This document shows positions 28,664 through 38,723 of a stretch of 64,000 nucleotides of DNA, piece after piece. The notes under the pieces are model-generated. The model was not told the origin of the DNA. It made no database searches and saw only the letters and a list, made by a program, of their open reading frames with translations. Both the position numbers and the translations under genes were made by a program. Every line of letters begins with the position of its first letter. Positions within the stretch are counted from its first letter, which is position 1. Source of the stretch: Thermodesulfobacteriota bacterium (GTDB lineage: Bacteria; Desulfobacterota_D; UBA1144; Nemesobacterales; UBA2774); the NCBI GenBank assembly GCA_965216785.1, contig OZ244197.1:2240001-2304000 (forward strand), read 5' to 3'.

Positions 28664-29626
28664 ATGGAAATAATAAAGCCCTCTGACGGGAAAAGGTTTT
28701 CAATGAAGGTAGTATCCAACAGAACAGGTCTTAGCGCTCATGCGATTAGGGCTTGGGAAAGGCGCTACGGAGCGGTGAGCCCCGGGCGCGATACCAACAA
28801 CAGAAGGTTCTACAGTGAAAGCGATATAGAACGGCTAAGCATGCTCAAGCTTGCAACTGACGCGGGGTTTCCCATCGGGCAGATCGCGAACTACAGTGAA
28901 GATGAGCTAAAGGAAATTCTCGATAAGCTAAATGTAATAGAGCTTCCGGTAAATAATCAAACTCCCGCGGCCCCTGTCGGAAAACTATCATCCGTAACGA
29001 GCTTTGAGCACTATATTGAATCATACATAGCCGCGGCGGAGCAGATGGACTCTAAGGCTCTTGAAAGTATCATAGTGAGGGCCGAGACAGAGTTTGGTAT
29101 CAACTCTCTTATTGAGAATATCATCATACCCCTACTGGCGCAGATCGGTGAGCTTTGGCGAAAGGGCGAGCTCCGGATAGCCAACGAGCACATGTCCTCT
29201 CACGTAATAAGGACCTATCTCGGAAGCGTCCTGGGCTCTCACAACACCAACCCCACGGCGCCGAGCATAGTGGTATCGACTCCGATTGACCAATGGCACG
29301 ACCTTGGCTCTCTCATTACAGCCGTCATAGCGTCAACGGAGGGCTGGAACGTAACGTACCTGGGGGCGAGCCTCCCGGCGGAGGAAATTGCGGGCGCGGC
29401 GCGCCACAGCGGCTCCAGCGTCGTAGCGCTCAGCCTAATATATCCCTCGGGTGACCCGGTTGTCGTACAGGAGCTGAAAAAGCTAAGACGCTCTCTCAGC
29501 GATTCGGTGAAGATTATAGTTACCGGAAGGGCGAAGGACAGCTACATAGGAGTCCTCGAAGAAATCGGTGCCCTCACTGCTGAGAATTTAGGTGATTTAA
29601 GGAATGTACTTGAATCACTCAGGTAG
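28664..29626 (+). CDS. carH: MerR-family B12-binding photoreceptor repressor (CarH/LitR)
   Basis: MerR HTH with RAWERRYG; W-x9-EH (WRKGELRIANEH); HDLG cobalamin motif; YLGASLP. Confidence 0.85.
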   Translation: MEIIKPSDGKRFSMKVVSNRTGLSAHAIRAWERRYGAVSPGRDTNNRRFYSESDIERLSMLKLATDAGFPIGQIANYSEDELKEILDKLNVIELPVNNQTPAAPVGKLSSVTSFEHYIESYIAAAEQMDSKALESIIVRAETEFGINSLIENIIIPLLAQIGELWRKGELRIANEHMSSHVIRTYLGSVLGSHNTNPTAPSIVVSTPIDQWHDLGSLITAVIASTEGWNVTYLGASLPAEEIAGAARHSGSSVVALSLIYPSGDPVVVQELKKLRRSLSDSVKIIVTGRAKDSYIGVLEEIGALTAENLGDLRNVLESLR

Positions 29627-29677
29627 CGGCTCTCACCACTACCTGAGCTTATGCTTATATTTACAAGATCAATCTGT

Positions 29678-30529
29678 TTACGCTTTTTGAGCCTGTTTTC
29701 TTCTCAGGAACCAAATACCGGCAATTCCCATAAATGCGGCGACCGCAATAAATCCCCACTCGTTAAGGGTTGGAATCGTTGTTGCCTCCATCCTGATCCC
29801 AATGGTGCACGCTCTCCAATCAGCTTCACCAAACAGCTCTAATGAAGCCTCTCCGGTAGGTCCGCCTTCAAAACCGGTAATAGTAAATGCGGTTGTCGTA
29901 ACGTTTAGATTCTTGAAGTCGGCGCAGGCTGTAAATTCTGCGAATGAGAATTGTCCCGGACCAAAGAAGCAAGGGTCTTCCTCAGCAATAAACGGGTTAA
30001 ATTCCTCAATACTGTATGTCGCCAGCCTAATGACTTGAGAGCGCGGCTCTGAGATGATAGAAGGCGCTACAGCTTCAGTACCTGTTCCGCTCTGGCAGGC
30101 AACGTCTATAATCGGGTTGTCAACATCCACACCCCTGTACCTGAAGCTCCCCGCGGCGAAAACTAATTGCGGCACGTTCCAGCTGCATGTGATATCTTCA
30201 ACAGCCGCCGTGTCGGTAAAGCTTCCCCAGATACCGTGTACACACCCCGCTCCTCCGCACTGTCCCGTATCGAGCTCAGTCCAGTCGCCGGGCGCAGGCG
30301 GCAAAAACGAATTTGCTCCGAAGCCTGTGGTGGCGCAGGCAATTAAGACGTAATCTCCCGCTTCATCATCGCCGGTTTCCCCGCCGGTCGCTATCGTTCC
30401 GGATGAGAACTCCGGGAAGTTGCTAAAGGCATTCGCGCTGCCGTCTACCACCTCGACAACGGCGTTTGCGTCACTCAGGGCAACCAAAGCGAATAATACA
30501 AATACAGGTAAAACGATAAGCTTTTTCAT
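29678..30529 (-). CDS. IPTL-CTERM sorted surface protein
   Basis: Signal peptide; C-terminal IPTLNEWG + TM + basic tail. Confidence 0.85.
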   Translation of the reverse strand: MKKLIVLPVFVLFALVALSDANAVVEVVDGSANAFSNFPEFSSGTIATGGETGDDEAGDYVLIACATTGFGANSFLPPAPGDWTELDTGQCGGAGCVHGIWGSFTDTAAVEDITCSWNVPQLVFAAGSFRYRGVDVDNPIIDVACQSGTGTEAVAPSIISEPRSQVIRLATYSIEEFNPFIAEEDPCFFGPGQFSFAEFTACADFKNLNVTTTAFTITGFEGGPTGEASLELFGEADWRACTIGIRMEATTIPTLNEWGFIAVAAFMGIAGIWFLRRKQAQKA

Positions 30530-30634
30530 TTTATATCCTCCTCAAAGAAATTACGGGCATTATATCATTTCTGGAGAACAATTGATAGGTAAAATAGCTT
30601 TAAACATTAACTATAGTGAATAAAAGGACATAAG

Positions 30635-30662
30635 AGGGGCGGTTGTAAACTAATCCGCCCCT
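30635..30662. terminator. stem-loop terminator
   Basis: AGGGGCGGTT...AATCCGCCCCT. Confidence 0.6.
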
Positions 30663-30688
30663 AAAGTTTTTATATTGGTTGGGTGTTT

Positions 30689-31534
30689 CTAAACTTTTAC
30701 AGTTTGTCTTCTTCTCAGGAACCAAATACCGGCAATTCCCATAAACGCGGCAACCGCGATAAATCCCCACTCGTTAAGGGTCGGGATCGTCGTGGCCTCC
30801 ATTCTGAGCGCTATCGTGCACGCTCTCCAAAATGCCTCTTCGCTCCCCACCACTATTGATGCTTCTCCTGTCGGTCCGTTGGTAAAAAAGAGCTCTGTTG
30901 TTCCCTGCGTTATTACGTTCTGAAATGTAGCCCCGGCTATGGACGTGAATGAACCCGTTGTCTCGTCATTAGTGTTAAAGTGGTCTACTTCGGGGTCCAT
31001 GACGTTACGGTAAGTATATATCCTTGCGACCTGCGAGCCTGCCTCGGTTATCACCGAAGGAGCTACCGCCAGAATTTCTTCACCCCCGAATGCACCGCTG
31101 TTGCACGCGACAGCAATAATCGGGTTATCCTGGTCTACATTATTGTATCTAAAGGACCCAGCGGCAAAAACATCACCCTCCAAATTCCAGTTGCAGGTGA
31201 TCTCTTCTGACGCAGGGTTGTCAGTAAACCGTCCCCAGATTCCCTGGTTGCATATATCGTCTCCGCAATTACCGGTATCAAGGGTTTCCCATGTACCTGG
31301 TGTAGGATCAGAAAATACGGCGCCTAATAAAAAAGTTGTTATACCGCAGGCAACTAGCTCATAATCTCCAACCTGGCCCGATCCGGTAGGGACAACTCCG
31401 GATGTAAAAGGGGGATTGTCGTTTACCACAGCGTTTGAATCCGCGTCATTTACCAGTACGGTTGCTTGCGATTCACTGATTACAAATAGAGCCAGTACTA
31501 GTAATAGCGGAATTATTGTTAATCTTGTCGTCAC
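30689..31534 (-). CDS. IPTL-CTERM sorted surface protein (paralog of 29678..30529)
   Basis: Shared motifs GIWG.FTD, ITC.WN, VFAAGSFRY and WRACTI; identical IPTL tail. Confidence 0.85.
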   Translation of the reverse strand: MTTRLTIIPLLLVLALFVISESQATVLVNDADSNAVVNDNPPFTSGVVPTGSGQVGDYELVACGITTFLLGAVFSDPTPGTWETLDTGNCGDDICNQGIWGRFTDNPASEEITCNWNLEGDVFAAGSFRYNNVDQDNPIIAVACNSGAFGGEEILAVAPSVITEAGSQVARIYTYRNVMDPEVDHFNTNDETTGSFTSIAGATFQNVITQGTTELFFTNGPTGEASIVVGSEEAFWRACTIALRMEATTIPTLNEWGFIAVAAFMGIAGIWFLRRRQTVKV

Positions 31535-31629
31535 TTTCGCTCCTCCATATGTTAGTTTTCACGCAATGCTACCACATAATGCCGATTTTTGATACGGATA
31601 TTCCTTGTCCATTTGTGGTTATTAACAGA

Positions 31630-32808
31630 TCACTCATCCACTGTAATAGCCCCCGGAGGTTCGGGAAGCCCGAAAACACCCCACAGGATAATTACAGAAA
31701 GCGCTACAATGACAGGCAGGTTCGGGTTTAGCTGATAGAAATACCCTGCCAGCATTCCCCCTATGGCTGCACCGAAGAACCCGGCCAGGTTATATAGCCC
31801 TGTAGTGGCGCCCCTTTTTTTCTGTCCGACTCTTTGGGTAAGGAATGCGGGGAACAGCGACTGCAGCACTGTGTGGCCCGCGAAATAAGCCATGCCGCAT
31901 ACATAAAGTATCCAGGTGTAGTAAGAATAAGCAGGGTAAATTAGAAAGCTCACAGCCGTAAGTGCCCATGCTCCGTGTGTTACCATCCTCAATGTGCCCC
32001 CCCTCTCGGCGCGCCTGATTGAAGGGTAGACGAAAAGCGCGGTCGGGATAAGCGCTATCAGATACATCAGCCACAGATCTCCCTCCGCAACGCCAAGCCC
32101 CGTCCAGCTTAGCGGATAGATAAATACGAACATATTCACTGTAAAAGATATAATCAGGGCTGAAATAAAAAGCTTTCTCATCTCGGGTACTCTCAGCATG
32201 CCCAGCACCTTGGACTCTTCTTCTATGAAGGTCTCCTTTTTATCCTGGGTAATTTTTGGAAAGAAGATCATCGTCGCCAATATCGATATAACCCCCAAGG
32301 CGGCGAGTACGAAAAATAGAGTATCAAAACCTATCTTCGCTGCGAGTATAGGGCCCGCGATTATAGCGATCAGAAAAGCGCCCCCGATGGTAAGCCCGAC
32401 TATGGTGAACGCGCGCGCGCGTACTTCGTTTCGGGTAACGTCCCCGAGCGATGCGATCGCGACCGAGCTCACGGCGCCCGAGCCCTGTACCACTCGCGCA
32501 AGGATCAGCTGCGTAATATTGTCAGACATGGCGCACAGCACGCTGCCTATTGTGAAGAGAGTGAGTCCGAGGATCAATACGGGCTTTCTCCCGAACTTAT
32601 CGCTCGCCCACCCAAAGGGTATCTGCAGCAGGCTCTGAGCGAGGGCGTATATACCAAATGCAATGCCCGCCAGTGTGAGATCGGCGCCCGGGTACTTTTC
32701 CGTGTATACGCTAAATACAGGCAGGATTAGAAATATGCCCATCAGCCTGAGCGCCATTATGATGCCCACTGTGAATACTGCTTCTAACTCTTGTTTTGTG
32801 AATTTCAT
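31630..32808 (-). CDS. MFS transporter (YajR-like)
   Basis: LRLMGIFLILPV and GWASDKFGRKP motifs; about 12 TM segments. Confidence 0.9.
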   Translation of the reverse strand: MKFTKQELEAVFTVGIIMALRLMGIFLILPVFSVYTEKYPGADLTLAGIAFGIYALAQSLLQIPFGWASDKFGRKPVLILGLTLFTIGSVLCAMSDNITQLILARVVQGSGAVSSVAIASLGDVTRNEVRARAFTIVGLTIGGAFLIAIIAGPILAAKIGFDTLFFVLAALGVISILATMIFFPKITQDKKETFIEEESKVLGMLRVPEMRKLFISALIISFTVNMFVFIYPLSWTGLGVAEGDLWLMYLIALIPTALFVYPSIRRAERGGTLRMVTHGAWALTAVSFLIYPAYSYYTWILYVCGMAYFAGHTVLQSLFPAFLTQRVGQKKRGATTGLYNLAGFFGAAIGGMLAGYFYQLNPNLPVIVALSVIILWGVFGLPEPPGAITVDE

Positions 32809-32946
32809 CTAAGTGCGGTTTTTCCGGATGCGATTAAAAGCCAATAATATTAACACGAAGGCGGCAAATTGATACAGTTGGAGCTAACGCCGGGGCATTC
32901 AGAGGTATTGTTTCCGCTCAGTTCCCGTGTTACTTTCTAAACTATA

Positions 32947-34476
32947 ATGCCGGGGTTTAAGTCAGAGCAGAATATAGAAACGGACGCTTTTGACCGTGAG
33001 CTTTTCTCAGAGCTCGAGGCTGCCTCAGGGGAGCTCCGGGAAATTATAGATAAAGGTAAGACACTGCTTCCCGCTTTCCGCTCTCTTGCTCTTGACCTCT
33101 TCGCCTCTTTCTACAAACACAACGTGCTGTTTATAGATTATGATGACGTTAGCCGGGCTAGTATTCTCCCAAGAAATATCCTTGAGAAAATTCATAAGGA
33201 CGAGCATTTTAGGCTCCTTAGGGAAGACACGGTGCTAGACGGCTTTAAATCGGCCCTGGCGGTGATCGAAATCTCTCAAAACATATACTCATGGCTCCGT
33301 TCGGACGAAGGTCCCGGTGAGAAGGCTCTTATTAATGAGCACAGGACAGAGCAGGCAGAGCAGGAGCTGGAAGAGCTCAAACAAGAGATGGAAACGTGGG
33401 AAGAGACTGAAGAGCAGCTCGGAGAGGTTGGCAGTGAGTTTGAGGAAGCAAAAAAAGACAGGGAGGGAGAGCTTGCAGAGGCTGAAAGTGAGCTCGGAGA
33501 CCTTACCGAAGAGCAGGAAAAGAGCTTTGAGAAGTCAGAGCTGAAGCTCGGTAATATGGTCCGCTCCTCCATGCGTCAGACAGAGCAGAAGGTAGATGAG
33601 GTAGAGGACGAGCTCATGTCCTGGGGGGCCAATATGGGCGCGCCCGGCGAGCGCGGGGTAGGGGAAAAGCTCGATCTTGCCTCAAAGCTCTATAAGAACG
33701 AGAAGCTCAGAAAACTCTCACGCATAGTGGGCGGTCTCAAGGAAGAAATGCTGTCCGCGCGTAAAAAGACATGGGCCAAGCGCGGGAGCGAAGTGTTCGA
33801 CATAGCCTCGGGCGACGATATCGGGAGGATCATCCCCTCAGAGCTCGTTGCGCTCGGTCACGCGCAGCTCCGGCAAGATTTTCACAAGCGCTTTGTCGAG
33901 GGCAGGCTGCTGCAGTATTACCTTAAAGAAGAAAAGGGCAGGGGCCCGATGGTCATATGCCTTGACGGGAGCTCCTCGATGGAGGGCCCAAAGGAGCTCT
34001 GGTCAAAAGGCGTATGCCTGACCCTTCTTGAGATTGCCAAGCGCGAGCGGCGCAAGTTCCAGGTCGTGGTGTTCTCCTCGGGCGGGCAGCCGCTTAAGAT
34101 CTTCGAGTCCATCGGCAGAGAAGGCGGCTCGGGCTGGGGTATGAAAGAAAAAGACGTATTCGAGCTTGCCGAGTATTTCCCCGGAGGCGGCACTAATTTT
34201 GAGGAGCCGCTTAACAAGGCTCTGGAATTATTACAGGAATCTAAATTCAATGGCGGCGACATAGTGTTTATCACTGACGGCGAATCAAACGTGGGAGACG
34301 CCTGGCTCCGCTCGTTTCAGGAAGAGAAGGAAAAGCTTAAATTCAAGGTCTATTCGGTTCTGATCGACCTATCCGAAAGAGAGTCCTGGCATACGCTCAA
34401 GCATTTCAGCGACAAAGTCACCTCCGTCTCCCAGCTAACCTCCAATGAAGCCCGCGGACTGTTCTTAGATATCTGA
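32947..34476 (+). CDS. VWA domain protein (ViaA/YieM-like)
   Basis: Acidic coiled coil; GDDIGRIIPSEL, GPMVICLDGSSSM (MIDAS), GGGTNF and DIVFITDG motifs. Confidence 0.85.
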   Translation: MPGFKSEQNIETDAFDRELFSELEAASGELREIIDKGKTLLPAFRSLALDLFASFYKHNVLFIDYDDVSRASILPRNILEKIHKDEHFRLLREDTVLDGFKSALAVIEISQNIYSWLRSDEGPGEKALINEHRTEQAEQELEELKQEMETWEETEEQLGEVGSEFEEAKKDREGELAEAESELGDLTEEQEKSFEKSELKLGNMVRSSMRQTEQKVDEVEDELMSWGANMGAPGERGVGEKLDLASKLYKNEKLRKLSRIVGGLKEEMLSARKKTWAKRGSEVFDIASGDDIGRIIPSELVALGHAQLRQDFHKRFVEGRLLQYYLKEEKGRGPMVICLDGSSSMEGPKELWSKGVCLTLLEIAKRERRKFQVVVFSSGGQPLKIFESIGREGGSGWGMKEKDVFELAEYFPGGGTNFEEPLNKALELLQESKFNGGDIVFITDGESNVGDAWLRSFQEEKEKLKFKVYSVLIDLSERESWHTLKHFSDKVTSVSQLTSNEARGLFLDI

Positions 34477-34482
34477 ACAACG

Positions 34483-34520
34483 GTCATTGCGAGCACTGGG
34501 AAGCATTTACCTGCAATCTC
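34483..34520. repeat. GTCATTGCGAG...GCAATCTC repeat unit
   Basis: Same termini as 18982-19011. Confidence 0.6.
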
Positions 34521-34638
34521 GACACTGAATCTCACCACTCGCCCTGATGTCGACAAAAAAAGGAATATAAACTATGATTCCAATTACTTATATGCTAGAA
34601 TAGCTAATCTGCTTTATCTTTTACAAGAGGAGGAAAAG

Positions 34639-35619
34639 ATGAGAAAGTTTCTATTTGCCACAGCTATAACTCTAATTTTAGGCTTTATTTATTCGGACAT
34701 AACTTTCGCAGCCTGCGGGGGTGGGCCTACGGAATTTACCTGCAACACGGCTGACCCGAACCCAGATCCTAACGGCATTCAGGAGGCAGCTAACAATGCG
34801 AACCTTCAAATTGACGTCCTGCCCGGCGCGGGTATAGATACGAGCGCGGCTAGTACTGTAGCCATCGATACGGGAAACGGCAATAACCGCATAACCCTTA
34901 ACGAAGCTGAAGTGACGGCGCTTGATGACAATGGTATAGACTCAAGAGACGGGAATGATACGATTGAGGTAACCGATTCAACTGTCAGGTGTGATGACGA
35001 TTGTATCGATACACGAAATGGCAACGACACAATTACTGTAATAAGGTCCATAATAGCGAGTGTCGATAACAACGGTATTGACGCCACAGGTGGAAACAAT
35101 AAGGTAACGGTAATAGATTCCGAGGTTATCGGGGGTCCGGGTACTGGGAATAATTACGGGATAAACCTAAGTGATGGCGATGATATGCTCACCATAAGGA
35201 ACTCATTGGTATTCGGCGAGAATACAGGGGGCGGTATTAGCCGAGCCATACTTCTCAAGAACGGTAACGATATTTTAAGGCTGGAAACGAACGCGCGGGT
35301 AGATGGTTTTATAGACTGCGGCGATACTTCCAATTCAGACGAGCCTAGCGGAACAATAATATTCGCAATGGATGTGCCTGAAGAAGCTCATGCTTTTATC
35401 TCATCTGAAATTGCTGCAGCGGGTCTTCCGGACGGTAGCATAACAATTAACGGCCTTTTCTATGAATGGGAAGACTGTGAGTTTTTAGTTAGCGAGCTAA
35501 ACGGCGTGCGCAGTGTCCGCCCCATTCCCACATTATCTCAGTGGGGATTCATAGCCATGGCCGGAGTGCTTGGTATTGTCGGATTTATCGCTATCCAAAG
35601 AAGAAAAGCAGCCGCGTAA
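34639..35619 (+). CDS. IPTL-CTERM surface protein with Gly/Asp-rich (GNDTI) repeats
   Basis: Signal peptide; repeated IDxxxGNDxI; IPTLSQWG tail. Confidence 0.85.
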   Translation: MRKFLFATAITLILGFIYSDITFAACGGGPTEFTCNTADPNPDPNGIQEAANNANLQIDVLPGAGIDTSAASTVAIDTGNGNNRITLNEAEVTALDDNGIDSRDGNDTIEVTDSTVRCDDDCIDTRNGNDTITVIRSIIASVDNNGIDATGGNNKVTVIDSEVIGGPGTGNNYGINLSDGDDMLTIRNSLVFGENTGGGISRAILLKNGNDILRLETNARVDGFIDCGDTSNSDEPSGTIIFAMDVPEEAHAFISSEIAAAGLPDGSITINGLFYEWEDCEFLVSELNGVRSVRPIPTLSQWGFIAMAGVLGIVGFIAIQRRKAAA

Positions 35620-35662
35620 ATTGAGCTAAGCGTACACAATAAATTCAAGGTTAATTACAATA

Positions 35663-35685
35663 AAGGGAGCTTCGGCTCCCTTTTT
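35663..35685 (+). terminator. intrinsic terminator
   Basis: AAGGGAGC-TTCG-GCTCCCTTTTT. Confidence 0.85.
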
Positions 35686-35809
35686 AAATTATGTCATCCC
35701 GTAGCCGACCGTGGATCTCATTCTTCAAATTTGTCATTGGTATCAATGGGCGGCAATCCATAACAAAAGTTTCTTTTTTAATTCCAATTATCCTCTTATA
35801 ATATCCCCT

Positions 35810-36886
35810 ATGGTCCTAAAAGACCCCATGCACCCGGATGAAGTAACCCCCCAGTGGCTAACACATGCCCTGAGGTCCGGGGGCGTCATTAAAGAGGCCT
35901 CAGTATTATCGGTAGTGAGAACAATACTCGGGGCGGACAAGGGGTTTTTAAGCAGCGTCGTCAGGGCTGAAATGGAGTACGACAAAAAAGAACCCGGCGC
36001 CCCTTTGTCCGTTGTGGTCAAGTTAGAGACTGAATCGGAAGAATACAGAAAATTCAACGAAGAGCTGAGCGCGTTTCAGCGGGAGATAAGGTTCTACCGT
36101 GAAGTAGCCCCGCTCGTCCCTGTCAGGCTGCCCAGGTTTTACTACGGTGTCGACAAGCCCCCCGCCTATTCCCTTGTAATGGAAGACCTTAGCTCCTACA
36201 CCCCCGGTGACCAAATTGAGGGTATGCACCCGGGCCAAGTCAAAGATACGGTCAGGATGATGGCCAAGATTCAGGCCGCTTTCTGGGACAATGAGGCTCT
36301 CGCTAAGCTTGACTGGATGCCCTTAAGCAACAATATGGCCGAAGACTACCTTGAGAAATGGGACTCTTTCGTAGAGCACTTCGGCGCGATCTGCGACCCC
36401 AGGGGGCTTGAGCTGGGCGCGAAGCTAAGGGACTATCTTGATTGGAAGTGGCAGAAGGTTCAAACAAGACCAAGGACAATAGTCCACTTTGACCTCAGGG
36501 AAGACAACCTCCTGTTCGGTAATAAAGACTCAGACGAAGATATTATCATCCTTGACTGGCAGCTCGCGATGAGGAATATAGGCGCCTTTGACATCGCGCG
36601 CCTTATCGCGGGGAGCGAGATTCCTGCTGAGCGCAAGGGGCATGAGTTTCAGGTGCTCAGGGTCTGGTACGATACGCTCATCGAAAACGGAGTGAGTGGT
36701 TATAGCTGGGACGACGCGGTATACGACTTCCGCTTAAGCGCTCTAAACTTTATGTGTAACCCCGTTCACTTCCACTCAGGCGCCATAAATCTAACGGGCC
36801 GTATCAGAAAAGTTGTAGAAGTTATATTCACTAGGCTCTACTCCTTTGTAGTGGAGATTGACGCGGGCTCGATCCTGCCCCGCTGA
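35810..36886 (+). CDS. APH/EcKinase-like phosphotransferase
   Basis: REIRFY, LVMEDL, HFDLREDN and LDWQ motifs. Confidence 0.85.
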   Translation: MVLKDPMHPDEVTPQWLTHALRSGGVIKEASVLSVVRTILGADKGFLSSVVRAEMEYDKKEPGAPLSVVVKLETESEEYRKFNEELSAFQREIRFYREVAPLVPVRLPRFYYGVDKPPAYSLVMEDLSSYTPGDQIEGMHPGQVKDTVRMMAKIQAAFWDNEALAKLDWMPLSNNMAEDYLEKWDSFVEHFGAICDPRGLELGAKLRDYLDWKWQKVQTRPRTIVHFDLREDNLLFGNKDSDEDIIILDWQLAMRNIGAFDIARLIAGSEIPAERKGHEFQVLRVWYDTLIENGVSGYSWDDAVYDFRLSALNFMCNPVHFHSGAINLTGRIRKVVEVIFTRLYSFVVEIDAGSILPR

Positions 36887-36900
36887 GTCTGCTATGATAC

Positions 36901-37377
36901 TTACTTCATACTCTTCTTCACTCTTGTAAGCTTTGTTCTGAAAACGAGGGGAAATTTACCTGTCTCTGTATATACAAACTCCATATTGTTTTCCCCTGTA
37001 ATCTTTCCCTTCATTCTCCCTAAGTCGCCTCTCTCAACCATATATACACTCTTGTTATCATAATCTATTACACCTAGAGTGACTTCGCCTGCCTGGAAGA
37101 CCTTCTTATCCATTATGTGGCCGGGCTGACCCTTTTTATCCTGGCTTCTCCAAAGTCTTTCCGACCAAAAATATGGTCCTTCCTGTTTTACGATCCTCAT
37201 CTCCATGATTACGGTGTTAGTACCGTTAGGGTATGCAACCGTATATTTCTCCGATCTCCACGTGCCCTCTAGGTTCGGGATATTGCTTTCTTCAGCCTGT
37301 GGTGAAAGAACATATATACCAAGTAACACGGCAACTATCAGCGAAAACGTCAGTCCTTTATTAAATAGATCCCTCAT
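36901..37377 (-). CDS. secreted hypothetical beta-barrel protein
   Basis: Signal peptide; PNLEGTW motif; AGGAGG SD. Confidence 0.7.
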   Translation of the reverse strand: MRDLFNKGLTFSLIVAVLLGIYVLSPQAEESNIPNLEGTWRSEKYTVAYPNGTNTVIMEMRIVKQEGPYFWSERLWRSQDKKGQPGHIMDKKVFQAGEVTLGVIDYDNKSVYMVERGDLGRMKGKITGENNMEFVYTETGKFPLVFRTKLTRVKKSMK

Positions 37378-37427
37378 AAGTCCTCCTAAATTTTGTTTAT
37401 GCCATTATACGACAATTCCTATTACAC

Positions 37428-37802
37428 CTACCATAGCCCCTGTATAGCCACCCCGTTATGTGCCGTGACGGCCTTGCACTTTGCCGACCACTCCACAAGC
37501 GCGGGCATATCCTCCCAGCTCTCTACCGCCATCTTCCAGTGGTTGTCCAGCCCCGCCTGGGTCTCATACATCTCGTCGAGCACGAACATGGTGTTGCCGG
37601 TTGGCTCTGAAGCAGGGTTAAACGGCTCCTTCAGCTCCGGCGCTTTAATGATGTTATAGCGCAGCAGCGCAAGCTCGCCCTCTCTGGGGTGAGTCCTCTC
37701 CATCCACTGTGCGTGCTTTTGAAATACCCTCTCTCCCTCCTCTACTATTTCGGGTGGGGCTATATATATAATAGTAATCTGGGTTTTTCCAATCGTAGAC
37801 AT
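37428..37802 (-). CDS. hypothetical protein, dimeric alpha+beta barrel (ABM-like)
   Basis: FVLDEMYETQAGLDNHW pattern; AGGAGG SD. Confidence 0.7.
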   Translation of the reverse strand: MSTIGKTQITIIYIAPPEIVEEGERVFQKHAQWMERTHPREGELALLRYNIIKAPELKEPFNPASEPTGNTMFVLDEMYETQAGLDNHWKMAVESWEDMPALVEWSAKCKAVTAHNGVAIQGLW

Positions 37803-37932
37803 TTTACCGCCTCCTTTTTTAGACTATAACATCTTAATAACAGTATACAGGGCTGATTGGCTCTGCTCTGCTGATTAGATTGATTATTGCTTTTGCTCAT
37901 TATTGGTAATACCATATAAAAAGGGTTTTGAT

Positions 37933-38664
37933 ATGGGTATAAAAATACGCGTCTTTGCCATCTTCGTGGTGCTGTGCGCCGTGCTCGGCGGCTGTCTGCC
38001 TAAATACGTCGATGTTGACAAAGAGACAAATGAGATAAAGTTCAACTGCTATTCCATCAAGCCTCCTACCAGGGGCGTATGGAGTAAATCCTCTTCATTT
38101 TTCGAGCTCCACTGCGAGAACACGTTCGTTCTGACCACGGGGGGCGGCGAGGACATTTACTGGATCTATTTCCTCAGTGACCGCACAGAGTACTGGGATG
38201 ACAAGTACAACGTTGACTACATGATGAACGAGACCGAAACCTCCCTTGCGTTCTACAAGCGCAAGATGCTCAATTACCAGAAGTACGGAATCAGGGAGAT
38301 AAGCTCAGAGATCGATGTGGTGGAAGGCGTAAAGGACGTTGTTATAAAGCTTAAGTACGAGTTCATCTCGCCAACACCGGTTGTGTACCGGCTCGGGGGA
38401 AAGGAGTACGTAGAGGAAACAAGCATAAAAGGTTATGAGAAGCTGAATCCGACAAAAAGGTACTACTATGAAGTTATTCAATACAACGTGTCCGAAGGGC
38501 CGTATAAGTGGTTTTTCGGAGACAGCGCCATATTCTACAAGGTCATATTGGTTCACGTCTCGGTAAACGGCAAAAAAGACCCCGGGCTTGACGCGATGGC
38601 CCTTGAGTTTTTAGAGAACGTCAAATTCACACAGTGGTCAAAGAAAGACGAGGGTGAAGGATAA
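37933..38664 (+). CDS. hypothetical lipoprotein
   Basis: LGGC lipobox. Confidence 0.7.
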   Translation: MGIKIRVFAIFVVLCAVLGGCLPKYVDVDKETNEIKFNCYSIKPPTRGVWSKSSSFFELHCENTFVLTTGGGEDIYWIYFLSDRTEYWDDKYNVDYMMNETETSLAFYKRKMLNYQKYGIREISSEIDVVEGVKDVVIKLKYEFISPTPVVYRLGGKEYVEETSIKGYEKLNPTKRYYYEVIQYNVSEGPYKWFFGDSAIFYKVILVHVSVNGKKDPGLDAMALEFLENVKFTQWSKKDEGEG

Positions 38665-38723
38665 AAAGGGGTACAGGACATATGCCCCACAGCCCCTTGT
38701 TTTATGACTTCTGATTAAATACC

